DNA from: an uncultured delta proteobacterium
GTDB taxonomy: Bacteria > Desulfobacterota > Binatia > DP-6
Assembly: GCA_963815115.1 (NCBI GenBank)
Contig: CAWFFN010000005.1
Location: forward strand, 1,568,001 to 1,632,000
Reading direction: 5' to 3'
DNA: 64,000 nt
Shown: positions 48,627 through 58,423 of the stretch, piece by piece
Layout of the letters: the number at the start of each line of letters is the position of its first letter
Position numbering within the stretch: position 1 is the stretch's first letter
Translations under genes and position numbers: made by a program
Notes under the pieces: generated by a model
Told to the model about the DNA's origin: nothing
Database searches by the model: none
Seen by the model: the letters and a program-made list of their open reading frames with translations, nothing else

Positions 48627-49286
48627 TCAGGCGCTCACGGCGCCGGTGCCCGTGCGGAAGGGCTGATGGCCGTAGCGGTCGAGGTGGACGACGTCGCCCA
48701 CCGGCCGGCGCGTGGTCGGCCCGTAGCGGCCGCGCGGCCAGCCGAGCGGTACCACCGCGCACGGCGTGACGGTCCAGGGCAGTCCGAGCGCGCGGCGTGC
48801 GAGCCAGGTGCTCCAGAGCGGCAGGGTGATGAGCGCGGCGCCGAGCCCGGCGGCACGCGCGGCCAGCAGCAGGTTCTGGATGGACGGATAGATCGAGCCA
48901 TACAGGCTCGACACCGCGACCCGGGGCCACGGCGGAATGAAGCCCCGCAGGCACGGAATCACGAGTACCGGGATCTCGGCGAAATGGTCCGCCTGCCACT
49001 GCACCGCGTTCATGATGCGGAGCATGGTGGGGTCGCTGCGGTAGAGGCGGCGGCCAATCCCGCCGTACACGCTCCACGCCCGGCGGTTGAGCGCGCCGAG
49101 ACGTTCCTTCACCGCGCGGTCGCGCACCACCACGAACTCCCAGCTCTGCGCGTTGCTTCCGGTCGGCGCTTTGAGGGCGAGCTCGATCAGGTGGAGCACG
49201 AGGTCGTCGTCCACCGGGTCGGGCTTCAGCCGGCGGATCGCGCGCTGGCTCCGCATCGCTTCCTCGAGAGACATCGAGAGCTCCAT
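48627..49286 (-). CDS. Nitroreductase family protein
   Basis: QRAIRR, APTGSNAQSWEFVVV, QNLLLAARAAGLG. Confidence 0.92.
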   Translation of the reverse strand: MELSMSLEEAMRSQRAIRRLKPDPVDDDLVLHLIELALKAPTGSNAQSWEFVVVRDRAVKERLGALNRRAWSVYGGIGRRLYRSDPTMLRIMNAVQWQADHFAEIPVLVIPCLRGFIPPWPRVAVSSLYGSIYPSIQNLLLAARAAGLGAALITLPLWSTWLARRALGLPWTVTPCAVVPLGWPRGRYGPTTRRPVGDVVHLDRYGHQPFRTGTGAVSA

Positions 49287-49438
49287 GTCGACGCGATAGA
49301 GCACGTCGAGCCAGGCGATGGCCAGCCCCGGCCGTCCGCGTCGAGCCGGCGTGCTCGGCAGCGACTGGATTCGCGCCCCCGATCACGGCATTGCATGAGC
49401 GCGGGGCCCCAGTGCCGTTCTCGAGGTCGGAAGGTGGC

Positions 49439-50203
49439 GTGCGTGCCAGCCGGATCGCGCTCGCGGTCGCGATCGTGGCCGTGGTGGGATGCCATGCGCC
49501 CGTTCGCCGTCATCGGCCTCCCGCTCCTCCTCCGCGAGAGCCGACGATCGCCGATCGGGTAGCACAGTACGGACCGACGGCCAGGGCCCGGCTGGCGCCA
49601 TACTTCGCCGCCGCCGGGGTGCGGTATCCGCCGGCGCGCTTCATGCTGGTGGGCTTCAAGCGGGAGCGCGAGCTGCAGCTGTTCGCGTCCGGCGCCGGGC
49701 AGCGCCTCGCCTTCATCCGCGCCTATCCGATCCACGGGGCGAGCGGGGTGCTCGGGCCGAAGCTGCGCGAGGGCGATCGGCAGGTTCCGGAAGGCATTTA
49801 CGGGATCGTCTATCTCAACCCGAACAGCGTCGCTCACCTGTCGCTCGCCTTGAGCTATCCCAACGACTACGACCGCGCCCGCGCGCAGGAAGACGGCCGG
49901 GACGCCGACGCCCTCGGAGGCGACATCATGATCCACGGCGGCTCGGGCTCGGCGGGGTGCCTCGCGGTGGGCGACGAAGCGTCCGAGGAGCTCTTCGTCC
50001 TGGCGGCCGATGCCGGCTGGAAGGACGCCGTCGTCGTGGTGAGCCCGGTCGACTTCCGCAGGAGAGCGCTCCCGCCCGACTATCGAGCACCGACGGACTG
50101 GGTGAACGACCTCTACGCCTCGCTGCGCGTCGAGCTCCTGGGACTGCCCCTGCCGCCGACCGGCATCTCGCGAGCCGCCTCCGCGGGGCGCAGCCGACGC
50201 TAG
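49439..50203 (+). CDS. YkuD-family L,D-transpeptidase/amidase (YafK/DpaA-like) lipoprotein
   Basis: Lipobox VVGC; GPKLREGDRQVPEG, SYPN, IMIHG...SAGC. Confidence 0.88.
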   Translation: MRASRIALAVAIVAVVGCHAPVRRHRPPAPPPREPTIADRVAQYGPTARARLAPYFAAAGVRYPPARFMLVGFKRERELQLFASGAGQRLAFIRAYPIHGASGVLGPKLREGDRQVPEGIYGIVYLNPNSVAHLSLALSYPNDYDRARAQEDGRDADALGGDIMIHGGSGSAGCLAVGDEASEELFVLAADAGWKDAVVVVSPVDFRRRALPPDYRAPTDWVNDLYASLRVELLGLPLPPTGISRAASAGRSRR

Positions 50204-50280
50204 CCGCGTGCGCCCGTGGGCGCGAGAGCGCCGCGTCGTATGGAATTGCGAAGGCTGCGCGGCTCGCCTAGCGTCGCGCC

Positions 50281-50844
50281 ATGACCACGACACGTGACGT
50301 CGCAGTCCTCGTCGGAAGCCTTCGGCGGGAGTCCTACACCCGCAAGATCGCGCGCGCGCTCGGCGAGGTGGCACCGGCCTCGCTGTCGTTCGACGTCGTC
50401 GAGATCGGCCGGCTTCCGCTCTACAATCAGGACCTGGAGGAAGCCCAGCCGCCGGTGGAGTGGGTAGCGTTCCGGGACCGTGTTCGACGCGCCGACGCGG
50501 TCCTGTTCGCGACGCCCGAGTACAACCGCTCGGTCCCCGGTGCGCTGAAGAACGCGATCGACGTCGGCTCGCGGCCCAACGGACAGAGCGTGTGGCAGGG
50601 AAAGCCGGGCGCGGTGGTGAGCGTCTCGCCGGGCGCGACGGGCGCGTTCGGCGCCAATCACCATCTCCGCCAGTCGTTCGTGTTCCTCGACGTGCGGGTG
50701 ATGCAGTCGCCCGAGGCCTACATCGGCCGCGTGACCGAGCTGCTCGACGAGAGCGGCAAGCTCACCAATCCGAAGACGCGCGCGTTTCTGACCTCGTTCG
50801 CGACGGCGTTCGCGAGCTGGATCGACGTGTACGCCGGCCGCTGA
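50281..50844 (+). CDS. NAD(P)H-dependent FMN reductase (ChrR/YieF-like)
   Basis: GSLRRES, TPEYNRSVPGALKNAIDVGSRP. Confidence 0.93.
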   Translation: MTTTRDVAVLVGSLRRESYTRKIARALGEVAPASLSFDVVEIGRLPLYNQDLEEAQPPVEWVAFRDRVRRADAVLFATPEYNRSVPGALKNAIDVGSRPNGQSVWQGKPGAVVSVSPGATGAFGANHHLRQSFVFLDVRVMQSPEAYIGRVTELLDESGKLTNPKTRAFLTSFATAFASWIDVYAGR

Positions 50845-50862
50845 AGGCGCGGCCGGTTTCGC

Positions 50863-51699
50863 TCAGCCGACCTCGAACACCGCGCCTTCGGCGCCCGGCG
50901 TGACGGCGAACGATGGTTGCACGCGGCTCGTGGCCTCGGCCGTCAGGCGATCGATGTCGTCGTCCGAGTGAGCGGGGTCGTGGTGAAACGTCACCAGCCG
51001 TCGAGCGCCTGCCAGGCCGGCGAACGCCAGCGCGTGATCGAGAGCGCTGTGCCCCCACCCGACATGCGAGCGGTACTCGGCGAGGCTGTACTGCGCGTCG
51101 TGGACGAGGAGATCGGCATCCCGCGCCAGCGAATATCCGGAGGTCCAGTCCGGGCGCAGCGGGAACCCCGCCACGCCGAGCGCGGGCTCATGGTCGGAGA
51201 GATATGCCAGCCGTCCCCGCTCGTCCTCGATCCGGTAGCCGACGGTGAGCCCGGGGTGGCAGATCCGGTCCACCAGGACGCGGAACTCGCCGATCTCGAA
51301 CGGTCGATGGGGGAACTCGTGCAGGGCGAGATGCGGCAGGTCGCGCAGGTGGACCGGGAACAGCGGAGGCGACAGGTAGCGCACCAGCCGGTCACGCAGA
51401 TCGTGCGCCGTCCTCGCCGGCCCCCAGAGATGGGTCTCGACCTCGGGATCGAAGAGCGCCGCGAAGAAGCCGAGGCCCTGGATGTGGTCCAGGTGCAGAT
51501 GCGACAGCAGCAGATGCAGGCGCCTCACCGTATCCCCGAGGGCGGCCCCGAGGCGGCGAATTCCCGTGCCGGCATCGAGCACCAGCACGGTGCCGGCGTC
51601 TCCGCGCACCTCGACGCACGCGGTGTTGCCGCCGAAACGCGCGGTCTCCGCGCCGGGCGCCGCCAGCGATCCCCGGGTGCCCCACAGGCGCACCTTCAT
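50863..51699 (-). CDS. MBL-fold metallohydrolase (phosphodiesterase-like)
   Basis: WGTRGS, GGNTACVE, DAGTG, SHLHLDHIQG, WGHS, FHHDP; ATGA overlap with the PAS gene. Confidence 0.9.
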   Translation of the reverse strand: MKVRLWGTRGSLAAPGAETARFGGNTACVEVRGDAGTVLVLDAGTGIRRLGAALGDTVRRLHLLLSHLHLDHIQGLGFFAALFDPEVETHLWGPARTAHDLRDRLVRYLSPPLFPVHLRDLPHLALHEFPHRPFEIGEFRVLVDRICHPGLTVGYRIEDERGRLAYLSDHEPALGVAGFPLRPDWTSGYSLARDADLLVHDAQYSLAEYRSHVGWGHSALDHALAFAGLAGARRLVTFHHDPAHSDDDIDRLTAEATSRVQPSFAVTPGAEGAVFEVG

Positions 51700-52088
51700 C
51701 CCGCGTCTTCCCAGAAGATGGCGGCGGCGCCCAGGAGCCTGTCGGGGACGGCGATCAAGGGGATCGCCGTCGCCTGGATGTGCCGGCGTACGCCGTCGAT
51801 CCCCCTCAGCCAGCAGTCGCCATGCGCTGGCCGGCGCTGCACGATCGCCACCGTCAGGGGGATGGCCTCCGGAGCGAGCGCGACACCGTGGGCGTCCGAG
51901 AGCTCCCAGCACGCGGCCAGCTCGGTTGCGGACATCTCGCCCGTCTCGTCGAACCGCCTCCCGAGTATCCGCTCCGCGGGCTCGTTGTAGAAGAGGAGCG
52001 TACCCTCGGCATCCACGATGAAGATCGGCATGACGAGGCTGCTCGCGAGCTGCCGCATGAGGATGACCTCGATCGGTTTCTGCTGCAT
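51696..52088 (-). CDS. Stand-alone PAS domain protein
   Basis: PIFIVDAEGTLLFYNEPAERILG. Confidence 0.85.
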   Translation of the reverse strand: MQQKPIEVILMRQLASSLVMPIFIVDAEGTLLFYNEPAERILGRRFDETGEMSATELAACWELSDAHGVALAPEAIPLTVAIVQRRPAHGDCWLRGIDGVRRHIQATAIPLIAVPDRLLGAAAIFWEDAG

Positions 52089-52211
52089 GGCTCACCTGCA
52101 CGCCGGTCTAGACCTTCTGCTAGCAGGCCCGCGGCGCTTCGGCCACCCGGTCACACGGGGGGCGGAGGCCGAGGCTTGCGCGAGGATCGAGAAAAGCCGG
52201 ATACGTTCCAG

Positions 52212-53267
52212 ATGGACCTCGGCATCGCGCTCGCTCCCGCCGCGGACGCCTGGAAGACCGTCCAGCGCGCCGAGGCGCTCGGCTTCTCGCACGCGTGGCT
52301 CTACGACACGCAGCTCCTGTGCGCGGACGTCTTCGTCGCGATGGCGCTGGCGGCCGCCAACACGCGGCGCATCACGATCGGCCCCGGCGTGCTGGTGCCG
52401 ACCAACCGCATCGCGCCGGTGGCGGCGAACGGGCTCGCCTCGCTCAGCAAGCTCGCGCCCGGGCGGATCGCGCTCGGTATCGGCACGGGCTTCACGGCGC
52501 GACTCACCATGGGCCTCGGCCCGATGAAGCTGTCGGCGCTCCGCGAGTACCTGGACGTCGTCCGCGGTCTCCTGCGCGGCGAGACGATCGAGTGGTTGCA
52601 CGAGGGGACGCGGCGCAAGATCCGATTTCTCAACCCCGAGGCCGGCCTGATCGACATCGCGCCACCGATCCCGGTCCATCTTTCCGCGTTCGCTCCCAAA
52701 GCACGCGCGATGGCGGCGCGCGAGTGTGACGGCTGGATGAACTTCATCGCGGTGCTGCCGGTGGCGCTTCACGAGGTCGCCGAGATGACCGCCGCGTGCC
52801 GGACGGCCGGCCGCGCACCGGAGACGCTCTACAAGACCGGCTTCACGCTCGGCTGCGTGCTCCGTCCCGGCGAGGCGCCCGACAGCCCGCGCGCCCGCGC
52901 GCAGGCGGGGCCGCTGGCCGCCGTGTTCTTCCACGGGCTCATGGAAGGTTCGCTCCGGTCCTCGATGCTGCCGCCCGAGCTCCAGGCGACTGCCGAGGCG
53001 TACCGCAAGGTCTACGAGAGCTACGAGCCGGCCGACGCGCGCTACCTCCGCCTGCACACCGGTCATCTCATGTGGGTCCGCCCCGAGGAGGAGCGCTTCG
53101 TCACCGGTGATCTGATCCGCCTCTCCACGTTCACCGGCACGCGCGAGGAGCTGATCGATCGCGTCCGGATGCTGCGCGACGCCGGCTATCAGCAGCTCGC
53201 CATCCAGCTCGTGCCCGGTCATGAGGACGCGATGCGGGATTGGATGGAGGTCTTCAGCCGCGCGTGA
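52212..53267 (+). CDS. LLM-class flavin-dependent oxidoreductase
   Basis: AEALGFSHAWLYD, TRRITIGPGV, APGRIALGIGTG. Confidence 0.9.
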   Translation: MDLGIALAPAADAWKTVQRAEALGFSHAWLYDTQLLCADVFVAMALAAANTRRITIGPGVLVPTNRIAPVAANGLASLSKLAPGRIALGIGTGFTARLTMGLGPMKLSALREYLDVVRGLLRGETIEWLHEGTRRKIRFLNPEAGLIDIAPPIPVHLSAFAPKARAMAARECDGWMNFIAVLPVALHEVAEMTAACRTAGRAPETLYKTGFTLGCVLRPGEAPDSPRARAQAGPLAAVFFHGLMEGSLRSSMLPPELQATAEAYRKVYESYEPADARYLRLHTGHLMWVRPEEERFVTGDLIRLSTFTGTREELIDRVRMLRDAGYQQLAIQLVPGHEDAMRDWMEVFSRA

Positions 53268-53396
53268 GGCGTGCCGGGCGGCCGCACGGCGGATCGCTCC
53301 GCAATTTGACCGTTCGAGCAGTCTTCATTGCGTTCCGCGCGAGCGCCAGGGATGTTGCTGACTGCGCTCGCTCGCGGGGCGCCGACAGAGGGCCTC

Positions 53397-56300
53397 ATGC
53401 CGACCACCACCCGAACCGCGCCCCTCCGCATCCTCACGGCCGTGCTCGCCTCGCTCGTTGCCGGCGGCGTCGCGAGCGCAGAGAGCTTCGTCAACTTCGA
53501 GAGCGGGCAGGTGCGCCCGCTCGCCATGTCACCCGACGGGACGCGGCTCTTCGCGGTCAACACGCCGGACAACCGGCTCGAGATCTTCACGCTCGACGCC
53601 GCGGGACTCGCGCGGACGGGCTCCGTGCCGGTCGGCCTCGAGCCGATCGCCGTGGCCGCCCGGAACGACGGCGAGGTCTGGGTCGTGAACCTGCTCTCCG
53701 ACTCGGTGAGCATCGTCGACGTCGCCTCCTCGCCGCCGCGGGTCGTGCGCACGCTGCTCACCTGCGACGAGCCGCACGACATCGTGTTCGCCGGCCCGGG
53801 CAACGGGCGCGCCTTCGTCACGACGGCGCGCCGCGGTCAGAACTGCCCGCTGGCGCTGAACCACAACGACGCGAGCACCCCGCGGGCCGTGGTCCAGGTC
53901 TACGACGCCGCCAACCTCGACGGCACGCTCGAAGGCACGCCGATCGCGAACGTCGAGCTCTTCGGGGACACGCCGCGCGCGCTCGCCCGGAGCGCCGACG
54001 GCAACACCGTCTACGCCGCGATCTTCCAGTCCGGCAACGAGACGACGACCATCGGCGAGGGCGCGGTGTGCAACGGCGGCGCGGCGGCCTCGGCCTGCGG
54101 GGCGTTCCTCCAGTTCCCCGGCGGCCTGCCGGCGCCGAACACGAACGTCGAGGGCGTCACCGGCCCGGAGGTCGGTCTCATCGCGCGCTTCGATGCGACC
54201 AGCGCGAGGTGGCTCGACGCGGCCGGCCGCGACTGGAGCGGCGCCGTCACGTTCGATCTCCCCGACCTCGACGTCTTCGCGATCGATGCGTCGGCCGCGG
54301 TGCCCGTGCAGACCGCCAGCTTCGCGCACGTCGGCACGGTCCTCTTCGACATGGTCACGAATCCGGTGTCGGGTAGGGTCTACGTGAGCAACACGGAGGC
54401 CCGGAACGAGGTCCGCTTCGAGGGCTTCGGCACCACCTTCGGGAACACGACGGTGCAGGGGCACCTGCACGAGGCGCGCATCACCGTCCTCGACGGCGCG
54501 AGCGTGCTGCCGCGGCACCTGAACAAGCACATCGACTACGCGCAGCGCCCGGCGCCGCCGGGCGTGAAGGAGAGGAGCCTCGCGACCCCGGTGGGCCTCG
54601 CGGTCACGAGCGACGGCGCGACGCTCTACGTCGCCGCCTTCGGCTCGTCCAAGATCGGCGTCTTCAGCACCGCCGCGCTCGAGAGCGACACCTTCGTTCC
54701 CGATGCGAGCAGCCACATCGCGGTCAGCGGCGGCGGTCCGACCGGGCTCGTGCTCGACGAGGCGCGCGGCCGCCTCTACGTGCTGACGCGCTTCGACGAC
54801 TCCATCTCGGTCGTGAACACCAGCCTGGCGATGGAGGAAGCGCACGTCCCGCTCCACACGCCCGAGCCTGCGGTCATCCTGAAGGGACGGCGGTTCCTCT
54901 ACGACGCCACGGCGACGTCGAGCAACGGCGAAGCCTCGTGCTCGAGCTGCCACGTCTTCGGCGACCTCGACAGCCTCGCCTGGGACCTCGGGGACCCGGA
55001 CGGCGTCGTGCTCGACAACCCGATCCCGGTGAAGATCCCGGCGCTCAACATCAGCGCGGACTTCCATCCGTTGAAAGGGCCGATGACGACGCAGAGCCTG
55101 CGCGGCATGGCGCACAACGGCTCGATGCACTGGCGCGGCGATCGGACGGGCGGCAACGACCCGGGCGGCGATCCGTTCGACGAGGAGGCCGCGTTCAAGA
55201 AGTTCAACGTCGCCTTCCCCGGCCTGGTCGGCAACGACGCCGAGCTCAGCGACGCCGACATGCAGGCGTTCACGGACTTCATCCTGACGGTCACGTATCC
55301 GCCGAACCCAATCCGCCGGCTCAACAACACGCTCGCCGGCGCCGAGCAGGCGGGGCACGACCTGTTCTTCGGCCGCGTGACCGACGTGCTCTTCAACTGC
55401 GACGGCTGCCACACCCTCGATCCGGCCACGAAGCAGTTCGGGACCAGCGCCTTCAGCACCTTCGAAGGCGAGACCCAGATGTTCAAGGTGCCGCACCTGC
55501 GCAACGCCTACACCAAGATCGGCATGTTCGGCCGGCCGACCGACGCGCCGCGCGGGCCGCAGATCCGTGGCTTCGGCTTCCTGCACGACGGCAGCATCGA
55601 CACGATCCGCCGCTTCCTCGGCTCGAGCGTCTTCAGCCTGACGGGGATGGAGCAGAACCAGCTCGAGCGCTTCGTGCTGGTCATGGACTCGGACCTGAAC
55701 CCGATCGTCGGCCAGCAGGTGACGCTCTCCGCGACCAACGCCCCGGTCGTCGGGCCGCGGCTCGATCTCATGCTCCAGCGTGACGACGCGCTCGAGTGCG
55801 AGGTGGTCGTGAAGGGCACCATCGGGGGCGAGGCGCGGGGCGGCCATCGCCTGCCCGACGGCACCTTCCAGATGGATCGGGCCGGCGACGTCCGCGCCGA
55901 GGCGGCTCTGCGCGCCCTCGCCGCGACCCCCGGGCAGGAGCTCACCTACACGTGCGCGCCGCCCGGCTCCGGCGCCCGCATGGGCGTCGACCGCGACGAG
56001 GACGGCGTGCTCGATCGCGACGAGCTCGACGTGGGCAGCGATCCGGCCGACGCCGCGCGCGTTCCCGAGGCGCCGGTCCTGGCGAGCGCGATCGGGTTGA
56101 AGGACGACGCGACGCCCCCGATCGACCCGGGCAAGCGGACGTTGAAGTTCCGCTCGAGCCCCCACAAGGGCACGCCGAGCGGGGTGGTGGTGCCGGCTTT
56201 CGGGAGCGACGGCGATCCGACGTCGCAGGGCGCCGCCGGAGGCGGTGCTCAGGTCACCGTCCACGGGGGCGCGCCGGGGAATCCGGTGCTGACGCTGTCG

Positions 56301-56621
56301 CTGCCCGCCGCGGGCTGGACGCGGTCGGGAAGCGCGACCAAGCCGGGGTACAAGTACGCCGACAAGCGGAACACGAACGGGCCGATCACTTCGGTCTCGC
56401 TCAGCGGCGGCAAGCTGAAGGTCCGCGGCCGCGGCGCAGCGCTCTACTCCCTGGCGCAGGCGCCGTACGGCTCGATGACCGTGCGGCTCGAGGTCGGTGC
56501 GCGGACCGGCTTCTGCGCCGTCGCCCCGGCCAAGGACCCCGACGACCGCAACGACACGCCCGCGAAGTTCGAGGGCGAGCGGAACATGCCGGCACCGAGC
56601 CGGTGTCCGCCGCTGCCGTGA
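53397..56621 (+). CDS. Secreted YVTN beta-propeller + di-heme cytochrome c (peroxidase-like) protein
   Basis: Signal peptide, propeller blades, heme motifs CSSCH and CDGCH, KVPHLRN, GFLHDGS. Confidence 0.87.
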   Translation: MPTTTRTAPLRILTAVLASLVAGGVASAESFVNFESGQVRPLAMSPDGTRLFAVNTPDNRLEIFTLDAAGLARTGSVPVGLEPIAVAARNDGEVWVVNLLSDSVSIVDVASSPPRVVRTLLTCDEPHDIVFAGPGNGRAFVTTARRGQNCPLALNHNDASTPRAVVQVYDAANLDGTLEGTPIANVELFGDTPRALARSADGNTVYAAIFQSGNETTTIGEGAVCNGGAAASACGAFLQFPGGLPAPNTNVEGVTGPEVGLIARFDATSARWLDAAGRDWSGAVTFDLPDLDVFAIDASAAVPVQTASFAHVGTVLFDMVTNPVSGRVYVSNTEARNEVRFEGFGTTFGNTTVQGHLHEARITVLDGASVLPRHLNKHIDYAQRPAPPGVKERSLATPVGLAVTSDGATLYVAAFGSSKIGVFSTAALESDTFVPDASSHIAVSGGGPTGLVLDEARGRLYVLTRFDDSISVVNTSLAMEEAHVPLHTPEPAVILKGRRFLYDATATSSNGEASCSSCHVFGDLDSLAWDLGDPDGVVLDNPIPVKIPALNISADFHPLKGPMTTQSLRGMAHNGSMHWRGDRTGGNDPGGDPFDEEAAFKKFNVAFPGLVGNDAELSDADMQAFTDFILTVTYPPNPIRRLNNTLAGAEQAGHDLFFGRVTDVLFNCDGCHTLDPATKQFGTSAFSTFEGETQMFKVPHLRNAYTKIGMFGRPTDAPRGPQIRGFGFLHDGSIDTIRRFLGSSVFSLTGMEQNQLERFVLVMDSDLNPIVGQQVTLSATNAPVVGPRLDLMLQRDDALECEVVVKGTIGGEARGGHRLPDGTFQMDRAGDVRAEAALRALAATPGQELTYTCAPPGSGARMGVDRDEDGVLDRDELDVGSDPADAARVPEAPVLASAIGLKDDATPPIDPGKRTLKFRSSPHKGTPSGVVVPAFGSDGDPTSQGAAGGGAQVTVHGGAPGNPVLTLSLPAAGWTRSGSATKPGYKYADKRNTNGPITSVSLSGGKLKVRGRGAALYSLAQAPYGSMTVRLEVGARTGFCAVAPAKDPDDRNDTPAKFEGERNMPAPSRCPPLP

Positions 56622-56651
56622 AGCGGTAGCACGGCAGCGCCGGGGCGACGC

Positions 56652-57296
56652 CTACGCTGCCCGGCCCTCGAAGGGCGCCAGGTGGTCCGCGAGCGCCCTG
56701 CGGAACGCGGGCCGGCTCTCGCACCGTTCCCGATAGGCCTTCAGCGCCGGCGCGGCATCGACCAGATCGGTGTGGCGCAGGGCGCGGAGCACCGTCGTCA
56801 TCGCGAGGTCGCCGACGGTGAAGCGGCCTTCCAGGTAGTCACGATCGCCCAGCCAGACGGCGAGCTCGGCGAGCCGGCGTCTGACGGCCTCCTCCACGCC
56901 CGGCCGGCGCAGCCTCGCCCACTCCTGGTCGGCGAAGAAGAGATCGAGGCCGGCGAGCTGCTCGGTCACCACCTCCATCGTGTTGAGCGCGGCAAACAAC
57001 CAGCCCATCGCGCGCGCCCTCCCGGCCGCGTCGGCCGGGAGGAGCACGTCGCTCCGGGCGGCGACGTGGAGGAGGATCGCACCCGACTCGAAGAGCACGA
57101 GGCCGTCCTCCTCGAAGGTCGGCACCTGCCCGAACGGCTGCCGCGCGCGATAGTCGGCGGATGCCTGGACGTCCGGCCCGATCAACCGCGCCTGGTAGGG
57201 CAGGCCGGCCTCCTCGAGCGCCCACCGGACCCGGAGGTCGCGGACCAGGCCCTGCACGGGCGGCGGCACCCATCCGAAGGCGGTGATCGTGATCAC
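56652..57296 (-). CDS. Glutathione S-transferase family protein
   Basis: RDLRVRWALEE, QPFGQVP, FESGAI; GTGA overlap with the DUF899 gene. Confidence 0.9.
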   Translation of the reverse strand: MITITAFGWVPPPVQGLVRDLRVRWALEEAGLPYQARLIGPDVQASADYRARQPFGQVPTFEEDGLVLFESGAILLHVAARSDVLLPADAAGRARAMGWLFAALNTMEVVTEQLAGLDLFFADQEWARLRRPGVEEAVRRRLAELAVWLGDRDYLEGRFTVGDLAMTTVLRALRHTDLVDAAPALKAYRERCESRPAFRRALADHLAPFEGRAA

Positions 57297-58093
57297 GTCG
57301 CGTCGCTCCCGGCCGCGGCCGCGTGATGGACCGCGCACTCGCAGCTCGGCCGATGGTAGCGGCCGTTGCCTTCCACCATCCCGCCGCTGCCGTACATGTT
57401 GTTGGGCCGCACCCAGTCGGTCAAGCTTCGGAACGGCCCGTTCTCGTTCCGCCCCTTCGGCGTCACGTCGAGGTAGTCGTAGGCGCCGAGGAACTGCTCG
57501 CCGCCGCGCCCGTAAGTCGAGTAGGTGTGGAAGATCTGCCCCGTGTCGTCCTTCAAGAAGACGCTGTCGCCGGAGAGATCCTCGAGGGCCATGTTCGTGT
57601 AGCGATAGTTGTAGTAGGCGCGGCCGGCGGCGATCTCCTCGGGCCTGAAGGAGACGTGGAAGTCGTAGTTGAAGTCCGAGTGGTGGGACGAGACCCAGCG
57701 AAAGCGCCATCCCATCCGCGAGCGGACGGCCTCGATCTCGTCGATGGGGGCGCGCGCCACGGCGACGTAGCTCAGATCGTGGTTCTGTAGATGCACGAGC
57801 AGGCCCGCGACGTGATCGACCTCGAACGAGCAGCCGACGCACTGCGTGAGCTGGCCGGGTCCCATCATGAAGTGCTTGATGAAGAGCTGGCTCCGGCCGT
57901 CGAACAGATCGGCGAGGCTCACCTTGCCCTCCGGCGCGTCGAAGACGTACTCCTTCTCGACGCGAACCCACGGGAGTTCACGACGTTGCTGGTTGAGCTC
58001 GTCGCGCCTGTCCGTGAACGCCTTCTCCCGTTCCAGGAGCTGCACGCGCTCCTCGATCCACTCCGCCCGGGACACGATTCGGTGTGGCTGCAT
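57293..58093 (-). CDS. DUF899 thioredoxin-like protein
   Basis: RRELPWV, LADLFDGRSQL, CVGCS, SDFNYDF, HTYSTYGRG, PKGRNE. Confidence 0.93.
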   Translation of the reverse strand: MQPHRIVSRAEWIEERVQLLEREKAFTDRRDELNQQRRELPWVRVEKEYVFDAPEGKVSLADLFDGRSQLFIKHFMMGPGQLTQCVGCSFEVDHVAGLLVHLQNHDLSYVAVARAPIDEIEAVRSRMGWRFRWVSSHHSDFNYDFHVSFRPEEIAAGRAYYNYRYTNMALEDLSGDSVFLKDDTGQIFHTYSTYGRGGEQFLGAYDYLDVTPKGRNENGPFRSLTDWVRPNNMYGSGGMVEGNGRYHRPSCECAVHHAAAAGSDAT

Positions 58094-58095
58094 GG

Positions 58096-58263
58096 TCACT
58101 CCTCTCCTCTGCTGGCGCGGGTCGTGCGGAGCGTCGGCCGACGCTCCGCCGGGTCAGATCTCTTCCTGGCACGACGCCTGGTCGCGAGCAGCGCGGCCAG
58201 ACCTCCGGTCGAGGTCACGCCGGCCAGGGCCACCGCCACCGTCGAAATGCATGCAGGGCACAT
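58096..58263 (-). CDS. Small MCPxC membrane peptide upstream of DUF899 (absent from the ORF track)
   Basis: MCPACISTVAVALAGVTSTGGLAALLATRRRARK... (55 aa); GGGAG RBS; stop abuts the DUF899 start. Confidence 0.75.
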   Translation of the reverse strand: MCPACISTVAVALAGVTSTGGLAALLATRRRARKRSDPAERRPTLRTTRASRGEE

Positions 58264-58285
58264 GGGCTTCTCCCTTCATGACCTC

Positions 58286-58312
58286 GTCGAACGGAGGGGG
58301 CTCGGATCGACA
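58286..58312 (-). promoter_or_regulatory. ECF42-like promoter
   Basis: TGTCGA-N17-CGAC on the minus strand, 22 nt upstream of the small ORF start. Confidence 0.6.
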
Positions 58313-58423
58313 GGCAGGTCGATGCCGGTCCAAGTCAGTTCCGGATGCCAGCCTCCGATGGGAGAGGCGGTCGATGAGCGCGGTGCTGCTGACTTCGCGG
58401 TACTGGTCGCCCTAGCTCCGCGC

